A stretch of 64,000 nt of DNA from Auanema rhodensis (Eukaryota; Animalia; Nematoda), in assembly GCA_964057225.1 (NCBI GenBank), contig OZ059898.1, positions 21,514,001-21,578,000 on the forward strand, read 5' to 3'. The translations under genes were made by a program, and so were the position numbers. The notes below the pieces were generated by a model. The model saw only the letters and a program-made list of their open reading frames with translations. It was not told the DNA's origin and ran no database searches. This document shows positions 44,169 through 54,090 of the stretch, in pieces (position 1 is the first letter of the stretch; every line of letters starts with the position of its first letter).

Positions 44169-47100
44169 CCCCATGTCCATATTAGTCTAAAAACAAATTT
44201 TTATTGATATTGGTGCATGGTAACCATGACTTTGAAATTTACGTGAACTTTAATTTATGCTAATTAAATGTACACGTGATGTGCACTTGGTATGTAACTC
44301 GCTTCACGTGAAAGATAAAGAGATGCGGTTTTTGAAATTAGATTCCCCATGTCCATATTAGTCTAAAAACAAATTTTTATTGATATTGGTGCATGGTAAC
44401 CATGACTTTGAAATTTACGTGAACTTTAATTTATGCTAATTAAATGTACACGTGATGTGCACTTGGTATGTAACCCGCTTCACGTGAAAGATAAAGAGAT
44501 GCGTTTTTCAAAATTAGATTCCCCATGACCATATTAGTCTAAAAACAAATTTTTATTGATATTGGTTCATGGTAACCATGACTTTGAAATTTAAGTGAAC
44601 TTTAATTTATGCTAATTAAATGTACACGTGATGTGCACTTGGTATGTAACTCGCTTCACGTGAAAGATAAAGAGATGCGGTTTACAAAATTAGATTCCCC
44701 ATGTCCATATTAGTCTAAAAAAAAATTTTTATTGATATTGGTGCATGGTAAGCATGACTTTGAAATTTACGTGAACTTTAATTTATGCTAATTAAATGTA
44801 CACGTGATGTGCACTTGGTATGTAACTCGCTTCACGTGAAAGATAAAGAGATGCAGTTTTCAAAATTAGATTCCACATGTCCATATTAGTCTAAAAACAA
44901 ATTTTTATTGATATTGGTTCATGGTAACCATGACTTTGAAATTTACGTGAACTTTAATTTATGCTAATTAAATGTACACGTGATGTGCACTTGGTATGTA
45001 ACCCGCTTCACGTGAAAGATAAAGAGATGCGGTTTTCAAAATTAGATTCCCCATGACCATATTAGTCTAAAAACAAATTTTTATTGATATTGGTGCATGG
45101 TAACCATGACTTTGAAATTTACGTGAACTTTAATTTATGCTAATTAAATGTACACGTGATGTGCACTTGGTATGTAACTCGCTTCACGTGAAAGATAAAG
45201 AGATGCGGTTTTCAAAATTAGATTCCCCATGTCCATATTAGTCTAAAAACAAATTTTTATTGATATTGGTGCATGGTAACCATGACTTTGAAATTTACGT
45301 GAACTTTAATTCATGCTAATTAAATGTACACGTGATGTGCACTTGGTATGTAACTCGCTTCACGTGAAAGATAAAGAGATGCGGTTTTCAAAATTAGATT
45401 CCCCATGTCCATATTAGTCTAAAAACAAATTTTTATTGATATTGGTGCATGGTAACCATGACTTTGAAATTTACGTGTACTTTAATTTATGCTAATTAAA
45501 TGTACACGTGATGTGCACTTGGTATGTAACTCGCTTCACGTGAAAGATAAAGAGATGCGGTTTACAAAATTAGATTCCCCATGTCCATATTAGTCTAAAA
45601 ACAAATTTTTATTGATATTGGTTCATGGTAACCATGACTTTGAAATTTACGTGAACTTTAATTTATGCTAATTAAATGTACACGTGATGTGCACTTGGTA
45701 TGTAACTCGCTTCACGTGAAAGATAAAGAGATGCGGTTTTTAAAATTAGATTCCCCATGTCCATATTAGTCTAAAAACAAATTTTTATTGATATTGGTGC
45801 ATGGTAACCATGACTTTGAAATTTACGTGAACTTTAATTTATGCTAATTAAATGTACACGTGATGTGCACTTGGTATGTAACTCGCTTCACGTGAAAGAT
45901 AAAGAGATGCGGTTTTCAAAATTAGATTCCCCAAGTCCATATTAGTCTAAAAAAGAATTTTTTTTGATATTGGTTCATGGTAAACATGACTTTGAAATTT
46001 ACGTGAACTTTAATTTATGCTAATTAAATGTACACGTGATGTGCACTTGGTATGTAACCCGCTTCACGTGAAAGATAAAGAGATGCGGTTTTCAAAATTA
46101 GATTCCTCATGACCATATTAGTCTAAAAACAAATTTTATTGATATTGGTGCATGGTAACCATGACTTTGAAATTTACGTGAACTTTAATTTATGCTAATT
46201 AAATGTACACGTGATGTGCACTTGGTATGTAACTCGCTTCACGTGAAAGATAAAGAGATGGGGTTTTCAAAATTAGATTCCCCATGTCCATATTAGTCTA
46301 AAAACAAATTTTTATTGATATTGGTGCATGGTAACCATGACTTTGAAATTTACGTGTACTTTAATTTATGCTAATTAAATGTACACGTGATGTGCACTTG
46401 GTATGTAACTCGCTTCACGTGAAAGATAAAGAGATGCGGTTTCCAAAATTAGATTCCCCAAGTCCATATTAGTCTAAAAACAAATTTTTATTGATATTGG
46501 TTCATGGTAACCATGACTTTGAAATTTACGTGAACTTTAATTTATGCTAATTAAATGTACACGTGATGTGCACTTGGTATGTAACTCGCTTCACGTAAAA
46601 GATAAAGAGATGCGGTTTTCAAAATTAGATTTCCCATGTCCATATTAGTCTAAAAACAAATTTTTATTGATATTGGTTCATGGTAACCATGACTTTGAAA
46701 TTTACGTGAACTTTGATTTATGCTAATTAAATGTACACGTGATGTGCACTTGGTATGTAACCCGCTTCACGTGAAAGATAAAGAGATGCGGTTTTCAAAA
46801 TTAGATTCCCCATGTCCATATTAGTCTAAAAACAAATTTTTATTGATATTGGTGCATGGTAACCATGACTTTGAAATTTACGTGAACTTTAATTTATGCT
46901 AATTAAATGTACACGTGATGTGCACTTGGTATGTAACTCGCTTCACGTGAAAGATAAAGAGATGCGGTTTTCGAAATTAGATTCCTCATGTCCATATTAG
47001 TCTAAAAACAAATTTTTATTGATATTGGTTCATGGTAACCATGACTTTGAAATTTACGTGAACTTTAATTTATGCTAATTAAATGTACACGTGATGTGCA

Positions 47101-48500
47101 CTTGGTATGTAACTCGCTTCACGTGAAAGATAAAGAGATTTGGTTTTCAAAATTAGATTCCCCATGTCCATATTAGTCTAAAAACAAATTTTCATTGATA
47201 TTGGTGCATGGTAACCATGACTTTGAAATTTACGTGAACTTTAATTTATGCTAATTAAATGTACACGTGATGTGCACTTGGTATGTAACTCGCTTCACGT
47301 GAAAGATAAAGAGATGCGGTTTTCAAAATTAGATTCCCTATGTCCATATTAGTCTAAAAACAAATTTTTATCAATATTGGTTCATGGTAACCATGACTTT
47401 GAAATTTACGTGAACTTTAATTTATGCTAATTAAATGTACACGTGATGTGCACTTGGTATGTAACTCGCTTCACGTGAAAGATAAAGAGATGCGGTTTTC
47501 AAAATTAGATTCCCCATGTCCATATTAGTCTAAAAACAAATTTTTATTGATATTGGTGCATGGTAACCATGACTTTGAAATTTACGTGAACTTTAATTTA
47601 TGCTAATTAAATGTACACGTGATGTGCACTTGGTATGTAACTCGCTTCACGTGAAAGATAAAGAGATGCGGTTTTCAAAATTAGATTTCCCATGTCCATA
47701 TTAGTCTAAAAACAAATTTTTATCGATATTGGTTCATGGTAACCATGACTTTGAAATTTACGTGAACTTTAATTTATGCTAATTAAATGTACACGTGATG
47801 TGCACTTGGTATGTAACTCGCTTCACGTGAAAGATAAAGAGATGCGGTTTTCAAAATTAGATTCCCTATGTCCATATTAGTCTAAAAACAAATTTTTATC
47901 GATATTGGTTCATGGTAACCATGACTTTGAAATTTACGTGAACTTTAATTTATGCTAATTAAATGTACACGTGATGTGCACTTGGTATGTAACTCGCTTC
48001 ACGTGAAAGATAAAGAGATGCGGTTTTCAAAATTAGATTCCCTATGTCCATATTAGTCTAAAAACAAATTTTTATCGATATTGGTTCATGGTAACCATGA
48101 CTTTGAAATTTACGTGAACTTTAATTTATGCTAATTAAATGTACACGTGATGTGCACTTGGTATGTAACTCGCTTCACGTGAAAGATAAAGAGATGCGGT
48201 TTTCAAAATTAGATTCCCCATGTCCATATTAGTCTAAAAACAAATTTTTATTGATATTGGTGCATGGTAACCATGACTTTGAAATTTACGTGAACTTTAA
48301 TTTATGCTAATTAAATGTACACGTGATGTGCACTTGGTATGTAACTCGCTTCACGTGAAAGAAAAAGAGATGCGGTTTTCAAAATTAGATTCCCTATGTC
48401 CATATTAGTCTAAAAACAAATTTTTATCGATATTGGTTCATGGTAACCATGACTTTGAAATTTAAGTGAACTTTAATTTATGCTAATTAAATGTACACGT
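44169..48500 (-). repeat. Inverted block of the 176-bp satellite, about 24.6 monomers
   Basis: Reverse complement of the monomer (…TGCTAATTAAATGTACACGTGATGTGCACTTGG…) with 176-bp period. Confidence 0.99.
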
Positions 48501-49003
48501 TTAATGTTTACACGTTTAATGTTTATTGTTCAATATCACAGGTTAAGACAGTAGCTGTTAAGTCATGGAGTGAAAAAATCAAGAACCATTCAATAAGAAC
48601 ATAAAAAAGGACTTTTAATATTGTAAGTTCGATAAGAGCTCGCTTATCTATGATCAATAGTGAACAGTCTGCCAAATAAAATTCTTGCTGTATGCTTGGG
48701 GTTTGTTCAGCACAATGGCTGACCTCACTAATGTGGTTGTTAGGTACGGTGGTACTCGTGATGTGAGGCAAGCCCGTTCTAGCAATTTGGAGGTAACTAG
48801 CGTCCGATCCGTATGACTAATGTCTATAGGAATAGTGACGAAGTAACAATTATTGAGAAGGGACAAAGAAAAATAGATGGTAGACTGTTGCCATGTGGTC
48901 ATAGAGAAGTGTAAAAAAATACGAACTACAAATAAAAAGGAGCCTGATAAAAGAAAAAAAAATAGTTTTTCGAGAGGTGAGAACATTAATTACAATGGAT
49001 GGT

Positions 49004-52000
49004 TTACAAATCAATTGGAGCAGAGAGTAGGTGTTTTTTAAAATTATGAACATTAGTAAGGTTGATAAGGTTTTCAGGTAGATCGTTCCATGTTTTGATG
49101 CTTCTGTACTCAATACCATTTCTTGTCGCCTTTTTCCGAAGCTCGGGATAGTCGATATTCCATTGGTGTCTGCGAAGAGAGTGGGTGAAATGTTTAATTT
49201 GAAAAATTCTTAAAATACTGTCCGTTGATACGTCTTTAATTTGAGAGAAATAGAAACCTAGATCAGTTACCTGTCTCCTGGTTGATAGTTCTTGAGCATT
49301 CAAAAAAGTGAGCTGACTTTTGTAGTCGGAAAAAATTCCTGCTCTTGAGAAGACTGCTCGCAAGAATTTTTTTTGAACCATCTCAATACGAGATATTTTT
49401 TTAGATACTTGGGGAGACCATATCACGGATGCATATTCAAGGATTGGTCGAACGTAGCTGCAAAAAAGGTTGAACATAAATGAAGGTGATCTAGAGTAGA
49501 AGCAACGTAGAAGGATGCGACATTTCAGAGCTGCGGCGCAAGAGATGGCGTTTATGTGACAATCAAATGTTAGATTGTTATCAGTTAAGACTCCAAGGTC
49601 TTTATAATGAGGTACAAAGTCTAAAGGAAACTCACCAAAGGTAAATGGCTCGGTGGGGTTGAGGGTTGAGCTATTATTGCACACAATCATAATTTTGGAT
49701 TTGGTGGTGTTGACCATCATTCCATTATTTTTGCACCAGGCGTTGATTGTGTTTAAGGCAATCTGTAGACTTACCGGATTAGTACTGTATAGTTTGAGAT
49801 CATCGGCAAAAAGTGTAGGATGAACGTCTTCAGGGAGAGAAGACGTAATGTCATTAATGTAGAAAAGGAATAGAAGAGGACCGAGAACAGTGCCTTGTGG
49901 GACACCACAAGATAAGTTTACAGAAGTAGAAAGAGAACCATTGACAAGAACTGAGTAAGATCTGCCAGTGATGAAGTTTTTGAGAAAAGTTTGAAGAGAA
50001 CCGCAGATACCAATGGTTTTAAATTTGTGGAAAAGAACCGAGTGATCAATTAGATCAAAAGCTTTAGAGAAGTCTATAAAAGCAGTATAGACTGGAATGT
50101 TTTTATCCAAACATGATCTCCAGGCAATATGATTGTTAATGATTGCTGATATGGTATTACGTTTAGGAAGAAAAGCGTGCTGGTGAGCAGATATAGATCC
50201 AGTAGAAATGCCAAAGTGGAGGAGCGGGGGTGAAATGAGTCGCTCAAAAACTTTGGAAAGACTTGGTGTTAATGATATAGGGCGATAGTTTGAAGGATTA
50301 GAGCGATTTCCGGATTTGAAAACAGGACGGATCCAAGCTTTCTTCCAGTCCGGAGGGCATGAAGAAGAAACGAGTAAATTGTGAAAAATGAAGGCAAGTG
50401 GGTAGCAAAGAGTAGAGGCGCACTGATTAAGAAAGTAGTAGGGAATGCCATCAGAAGAAGTAGAAACTCTGAGAGGAAGATGAGAAAGAACTTTATAGAC
50501 TTTTTCGGGAGAAATGTCTATAAAATCAATGATAGAGGAAGGGCGAGAGGAGCTGTTGATTAAATCCGATGAAATACTTGGTTTGACAGAAAAAGAGCTT
50601 GCAAAAATGGAAGCTTTTTCTGTGTCTGTCGAGTATATTTCTTCACCAAGTCTAATCGTGGGGATATCTGAAGAGCAACCACCGAGACGAGTTCTACAGA
50701 AGCGATAAAAAAGTTTGGGGTTATTGGTTGAAGCAATGTGTTCTTCTTCCAAAATAGACTTTTGTTTAATAAGTCTATCTAGTTTTATAGTTAGTTTTTT
50801 GCGGAGAAGCTCGTCACGGTGGCAAATAGATGAACTGAGCCTTTTGATGTAACAGTAGAGATCCGCAATATTGCGGTCAACTTTTTTTCTACGCCTAGGT
50901 TGTTTGTGAGGAACGAATACAGAGATTATGGATTGTAGGATGTTGGTGAATTTGGAGTAAGAGTCAAGAGGGGAAAGACCAGATAATACCAAAGAAAAGT
51001 CGATGCTGACAAGATGGCGATTGATGGCATTGAAGTCGGCTCGATAGAAATTGAGTTGAGAAAAGTTGGAAAGTGAGGAGGTATTGAAGAATGTATTGGA
51101 AGAGAAAGGAAGGGTATCCAGAGGGGATACAGGGGTGTTGATGATGATGGAGAATGTAACCGAGAAGTGATCGGAGTTACCCAATGGAGGGGAGCGTGAT
51201 ATATTAGATATGATTGAAGGATTGTTTGTGATAAGGTAGTCTAAGATGTTGTTACCACGTGTAGGAAAATTGACAAGTTGATCAGAGTGACTACTTTGGA
51301 GAAATTGAATAATTGATTTACTAGAAGGAGATGAGAGTGAGGACTGAAGAAGATCCCAATTGATATTAGGAAAGTTCAGGTCACCCGTAATAAAGAAAGA
51401 GCGGTTAGAAATATGACCATTGAGATCAGAAAGATAAGAACAAAAATCAGAGTGAGAAGCAGTAGGGGAACGATAACAAACGGAGAAAACCGAGTTGTTA
51501 GAGGTTAGAAGGATGGTAACATATTGAACCGATGAAGAGAGGGGTGAGGAGGAGAGTAAAATTGAGTTAATTTGTTTTTTTAAGAACAAAAGAGTACCAC
51601 CGCCGCGTGAAGAATGCTTGTCTGCTCTGAATATGTTGTAATGATCATTTAGAGGAAGATGATCAGAAGAAAAATCAGAAAACAGCCAAGATTCCGATAT
51701 GGCGATGATATCAGGGGATGAGATAGAATGAATGATTGTGAGGAAATGAAGTTTATTGAGAATAGAACGTGCATTGTAACAGTGGACTGATAGTTTAACA
51801 GGGACATGAGAAGAAAGCAAGCATGGTGAAGAAGCGGTTTTATCGAAAGGACATGTTGTTACAGGACCGAGATAAAGATGTTGTATCGGATCCGCTTCTT
51901 GATCTAGTAGGAAGTTCGGCAGTAGGCTTAACAGAGCGTGGTGGATTCTTTCTTCTTCTTGGGCTAATAGAAGATTTTTTCTCCAGAGAAAGAATTTTTG

Positions 52001-52087
52001 ACCTGCCAGTTGAGCGACTATTCCTACTAGATTTAGAAGGGGGGCTAGATATAACACCAGTATCAATATTGGACGGACATTGGACAT
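49004..52087 (-). CDS. LINE ORF2: APE endonuclease + reverse transcriptase (inverted copy)
   Basis: 1027-aa ORF with APE motifs YNARS, IAISESW, YRSP, GDLNFP, PTRGNNILD, SDH and RT motifs including FADD. True start uncertain. Confidence 0.93.
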   Translation of the reverse strand: MSNVRPILILVLYLAPLLNLVGIVAQLAGQKFFLWRKNLLLAQEEERIHHALLSLLPNFLLDQEADPIQHLYLGPVTTCPFDKTASSPCLLSSHVPVKLSVHCYNARSILNKLHFLTIIHSISSPDIIAISESWLFSDFSSDHLPLNDHYNIFRADKHSSRGGGTLLFLKKQINSILLSSSPLSSSVQYVTILLTSNNSVFSVCYRSPTASHSDFCSYLSDLNGHISNRSFFITGDLNFPNINWDLLQSSLSSPSSKSIIQFLQSSHSDQLVNFPTRGNNILDYLITNNPSIISNISRSPPLGNSDHFSVTFSIIINTPVSPLDTLPFSSNTFFNTSSLSNFSQLNFYRADFNAINRHLVSIDFSLVLSGLSPLDSYSKFTNILQSIISVFVPHKQPRRRKKVDRNIADLYCYIKRLSSSICHRDELLRKKLTIKLDRLIKQKSILEEEHIASTNNPKLFYRFCRTRLGGCSSDIPTIRLGEEIYSTDTEKASIFASSFSVKPSISSDLINSSSRPSSIIDFIDISPEKVYKVLSHLPLRVSTSSDGIPYYFLNQCASTLCYPLAFIFHNLLVSSSCPPDWKKAWIRPVFKSGNRSNPSNYRPISLTPSLSKVFERLISPPLLHFGISTGSISAHQHAFLPKRNTISAIINNHIAWRSCLDKNIPVYTAFIDFSKAFDLIDHSVLFHKFKTIGICGSLQTFLKNFITGRSYSVLVNGSLSTSVNLSCGVPQGTVLGPLLFLFYINDITSSLPEDVHPTLFADDLKLYSTNPVSLQIALNTINAWCKNNGMMVNTTKSKIMIVCNNSSTLNPTEPFTFGEFPLDFVPHYKDLGVLTDNNLTFDCHINAISCAAALKCRILLRCFYSRSPSFMFNLFCSYVRPILEYASVIWSPQVSKKISRIEMVQKKFLRAVFSRAGIFSDYKSQLTFLNAQELSTRRQVTDLGFYFSQIKDVSTDSILRIFQIKHFTHSLRRHQWNIDYPELRKKATRNGIEYRSIKTWNDLPENLINLTNVHNFKKHLLSAPIDL

Positions 52088-52609
52088 TTGAATTGGACTT
52101 AGAAACAGTAGAAGTATTTAGAGAAACGTGTGGAGTAGAAGTGGTTGAACGGGCAGTTGGTTTACGTGGAATCTTTATAAGTTTGAGATCGCGTACAATG
52201 AAAAGTGATTCACTATTATCCAAATTTTTCGCTTTTGCTTCTTCGCGCAGTTTTTTTTCAAGATCTACCTCGAAGGGAAGATAATCGCGACGAATAAACG
52301 TTTTAGACAAGCTTTCAAAACATTTAGCTTTGTTTGTCCTAATGGTTTCAATGATTTTGTCACGTAAATCAACTGTTGAACATGAAATAATGAGAGGGCC
52401 TGGAGAATTAGATTTGAGAGTTGAGCGAGTAATGGTTATTTGGTTGCTGTTAATCAAAGAAATCAAGGTGTCATCATTAGACTTTCCAGCTATAAGTTTG
52501 AGAAGGGCGGTAGGGTCCGAGGGAAACTCAGATGAATCGTGAGGAACCCTAAACCAAACCGCTCTTTTCAAGCGATAAGAATACCTTGATTCCTCAGATC
52601 GAACTTTTT
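51840..52609 (-). pseudogene. N-terminally truncated ORF1 of the inverted copy
   Basis: Matches ORF1 from about residue 91 onward; lacks the ATG and the coiled-coil N-terminus. The track start at 52571 is a TTG codon. Confidence 0.85.
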
Positions 52610-52611
52610 TT

Positions 52612-52827
52612 CGCGCCGTGACCTCATCCCGCGCCGTGACCTCATCCCGCGCCGTGACCTCAACCCGCGCCGTGACCTCATCCCGCGCCGTGACCTCATC
52701 CCGCGCCGTGACCTCATCCCGCGCCGTGACCTCATTCCGCGCCGTGACCTCATTCCGCGCCGTGACCTCATTCCGCGCCGTGACCTCATTCCGCGCCGTG
52801 ACCTCATTCCGCGCCGTGACCTCATTT
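52612..52827 (+). repeat. 12 x 18-bp GC-rich minisatellite CGCGCCGTGACCTCAT(C/T)C at the LINE 5' end; candidate promoter
   Basis: Twelve counted units. The first six end TCC (one ACC), the next five TTC, the last TTT. Promoter role is inference. Confidence 0.95.
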
Positions 52828-52861
52828 CGTCGGACTGGTTCTTAAAGGTACGCTTTCTTAG

Positions 52862-53049
52862 TTCTTTCATTTTTTTTTCTTGTTCTTTTTCTTTTATCTC
52901 TTCTATTTTATTACTCTCTCTCTTTTCCAATTCTCTCTGTCCTTTCTGTCTTTTACTTTGTTATTTATTGTCTTTCACTTCTTTATACCACTGTCTTTAC
53001 ATTCTTTTTTCTTATTTTTCTGTTTCTTAATCTTATCTTTTTTCTCAAT
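52862..53049 (+). other. Polypyrimidine-rich 5' UTR of LINE B
   Basis: About 190 nt dominated by T and C directly upstream of the ORF1 ATG. Confidence 0.75.
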
Positions 53050-54090
53050 ATGACAGCTGTTACAAAAGATTTCTTTACTGATGCTCTCGAGTCTCTTTCC
53101 AAATCTTTCCGAGAATCTTTCTCTCAACTTTCATCTGACATCAAAAACGAACTCAACAGTATTAAAATCAATGTAGCAGCTAATGAAGCTCGTATCAAAA
53201 CTATCGAAACAAACCTCAAATCACGTATCGATACTTTAGAGCAACAACTCCTAAATGTTCCAACTTTCAATGCCTCTTCTCCTTCTCAAACCACTTCTAC
53301 CAGTATTATGTGTCATGTTCAAAAAGTTCGATCTGAGGAATCAAGGTATTCTTATCGCTTGAAAAGAGCGGTTTGGTTTAGGGTTCCTCACGATTCATCT
53401 GAGTTTCCCTCGGACCCTACCGCCCTTCTCAAACTTATAGCTGGAAAGTCTAATGATGACACCTTGATTTCTTTGATTAACAGCAACCAAATAACCATTA
53501 CTCGCTCAACTCTCAAATCTAATTCTCCAGGCCCTCTCATTATTTCATGTTCAACAGTTGATTTACGTGACAAAATCATTGAAACCATTAGGACAAACAA
53601 AGCTAAATGTTTTGAAAGCTTGTCTAAAACGTTTATTCGTCGCGATTATCTTCCCTTCGAGGTAGATCTTGAAAAAAAACTGCGCGAAGAAGCAAAAGCG
53701 AAAAATTTGGATAATAGTGAATCACTTTTCATTGTACGCGATCTCAAACTTATAAAGATTCCACGTAAACCAACTGCCCGTTCAACCACTTCTACTCCAC
53801 ACGTTTCTCTAAATACTTCTACTGTTTCTAAGTCCAATTCAAATGTCCAATGTCCGTCCAATATTGATACTGGTGTTATATCTAGCCCCCCTTCTAAATC
53901 TAGTAGGAATAGTCGCTCAACTGGCAGGTCAAAAATTCTTTCTCTGGAGAAAAAATCTTCTATTAGCCCAAGAAGAAGAAAGAATCCACCACGCTCTGTT
54001 AAGCCTACTGCCGAACTTCCTACTAGATCAAGAAGCGGATCCGATACAACATCTTTATCTCGGTCCTGTAACAACATGTCCTTTCGTTAA
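53050..54090 (+). CDS. LINE ORF1 protein (coiled coil, probable RRM-like core, Ser/Arg/Lys-rich tail)
   Basis: 346-aa ATG-started ORF upstream of ORF2. Heptad-like LSSDIKNELNSIKINVAANEARIKTIETNLKSRIDTLEQQL; core with PGPLII and FIRRD reminiscent of CR1/L2 ORF1p; basic low-complexity C-terminus. Confidence 0.85.
   Translation: MTAVTKDFFTDALESLSKSFRESFSQLSSDIKNELNSIKINVAANEARIKTIETNLKSRIDTLEQQLLNVPTFNASSPSQTTSTSIMCHVQKVRSEESRYSYRLKRAVWFRVPHDSSEFPSDPTALLKLIAGKSNDDTLISLINSNQITITRSTLKSNSPGPLIISCSTVDLRDKIIETIRTNKAKCFESLSKTFIRRDYLPFEVDLEKKLREEAKAKNLDNSESLFIVRDLKLIKIPRKPTARSTTSTPHVSLNTSTVSKSNSNVQCPSNIDTGVISSPPSKSSRNSRSTGRSKILSLEKKSSISPRRRKNPPRSVKPTAELPTRSRSGSDTTSLSRSCNNMSFR

Larger units (their letters stand above)
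48501..52609 (-). mobile_element. Inverted, 5'-truncated copy of LINE B (3' part of ORF1, ORF2, 3' UTR)
   Basis: Position x pairs with 105930-x (53321-57429). Same 3' junction as the + copy. The translations differ by one residue (D/V, nt 51843/54087). Confidence 0.96.

Noticed and set aside
48495-48524. Third independent insertion at the target site
   Set aside because: It shares the doubled tail and the flanking satellite variant with the + copy, so it is most simply a duplicate and was not counted as evidence of targeting.
52568-52930. (RRGMRS)n and (SSRAVT)n ORFs at 52568-52930 (-) and 52618-52845 (+)
   Set aside because: By-products of an 18-bp stop-free repeat; starts are non-ATG and the minus ORF crosses the rearrangement junction.
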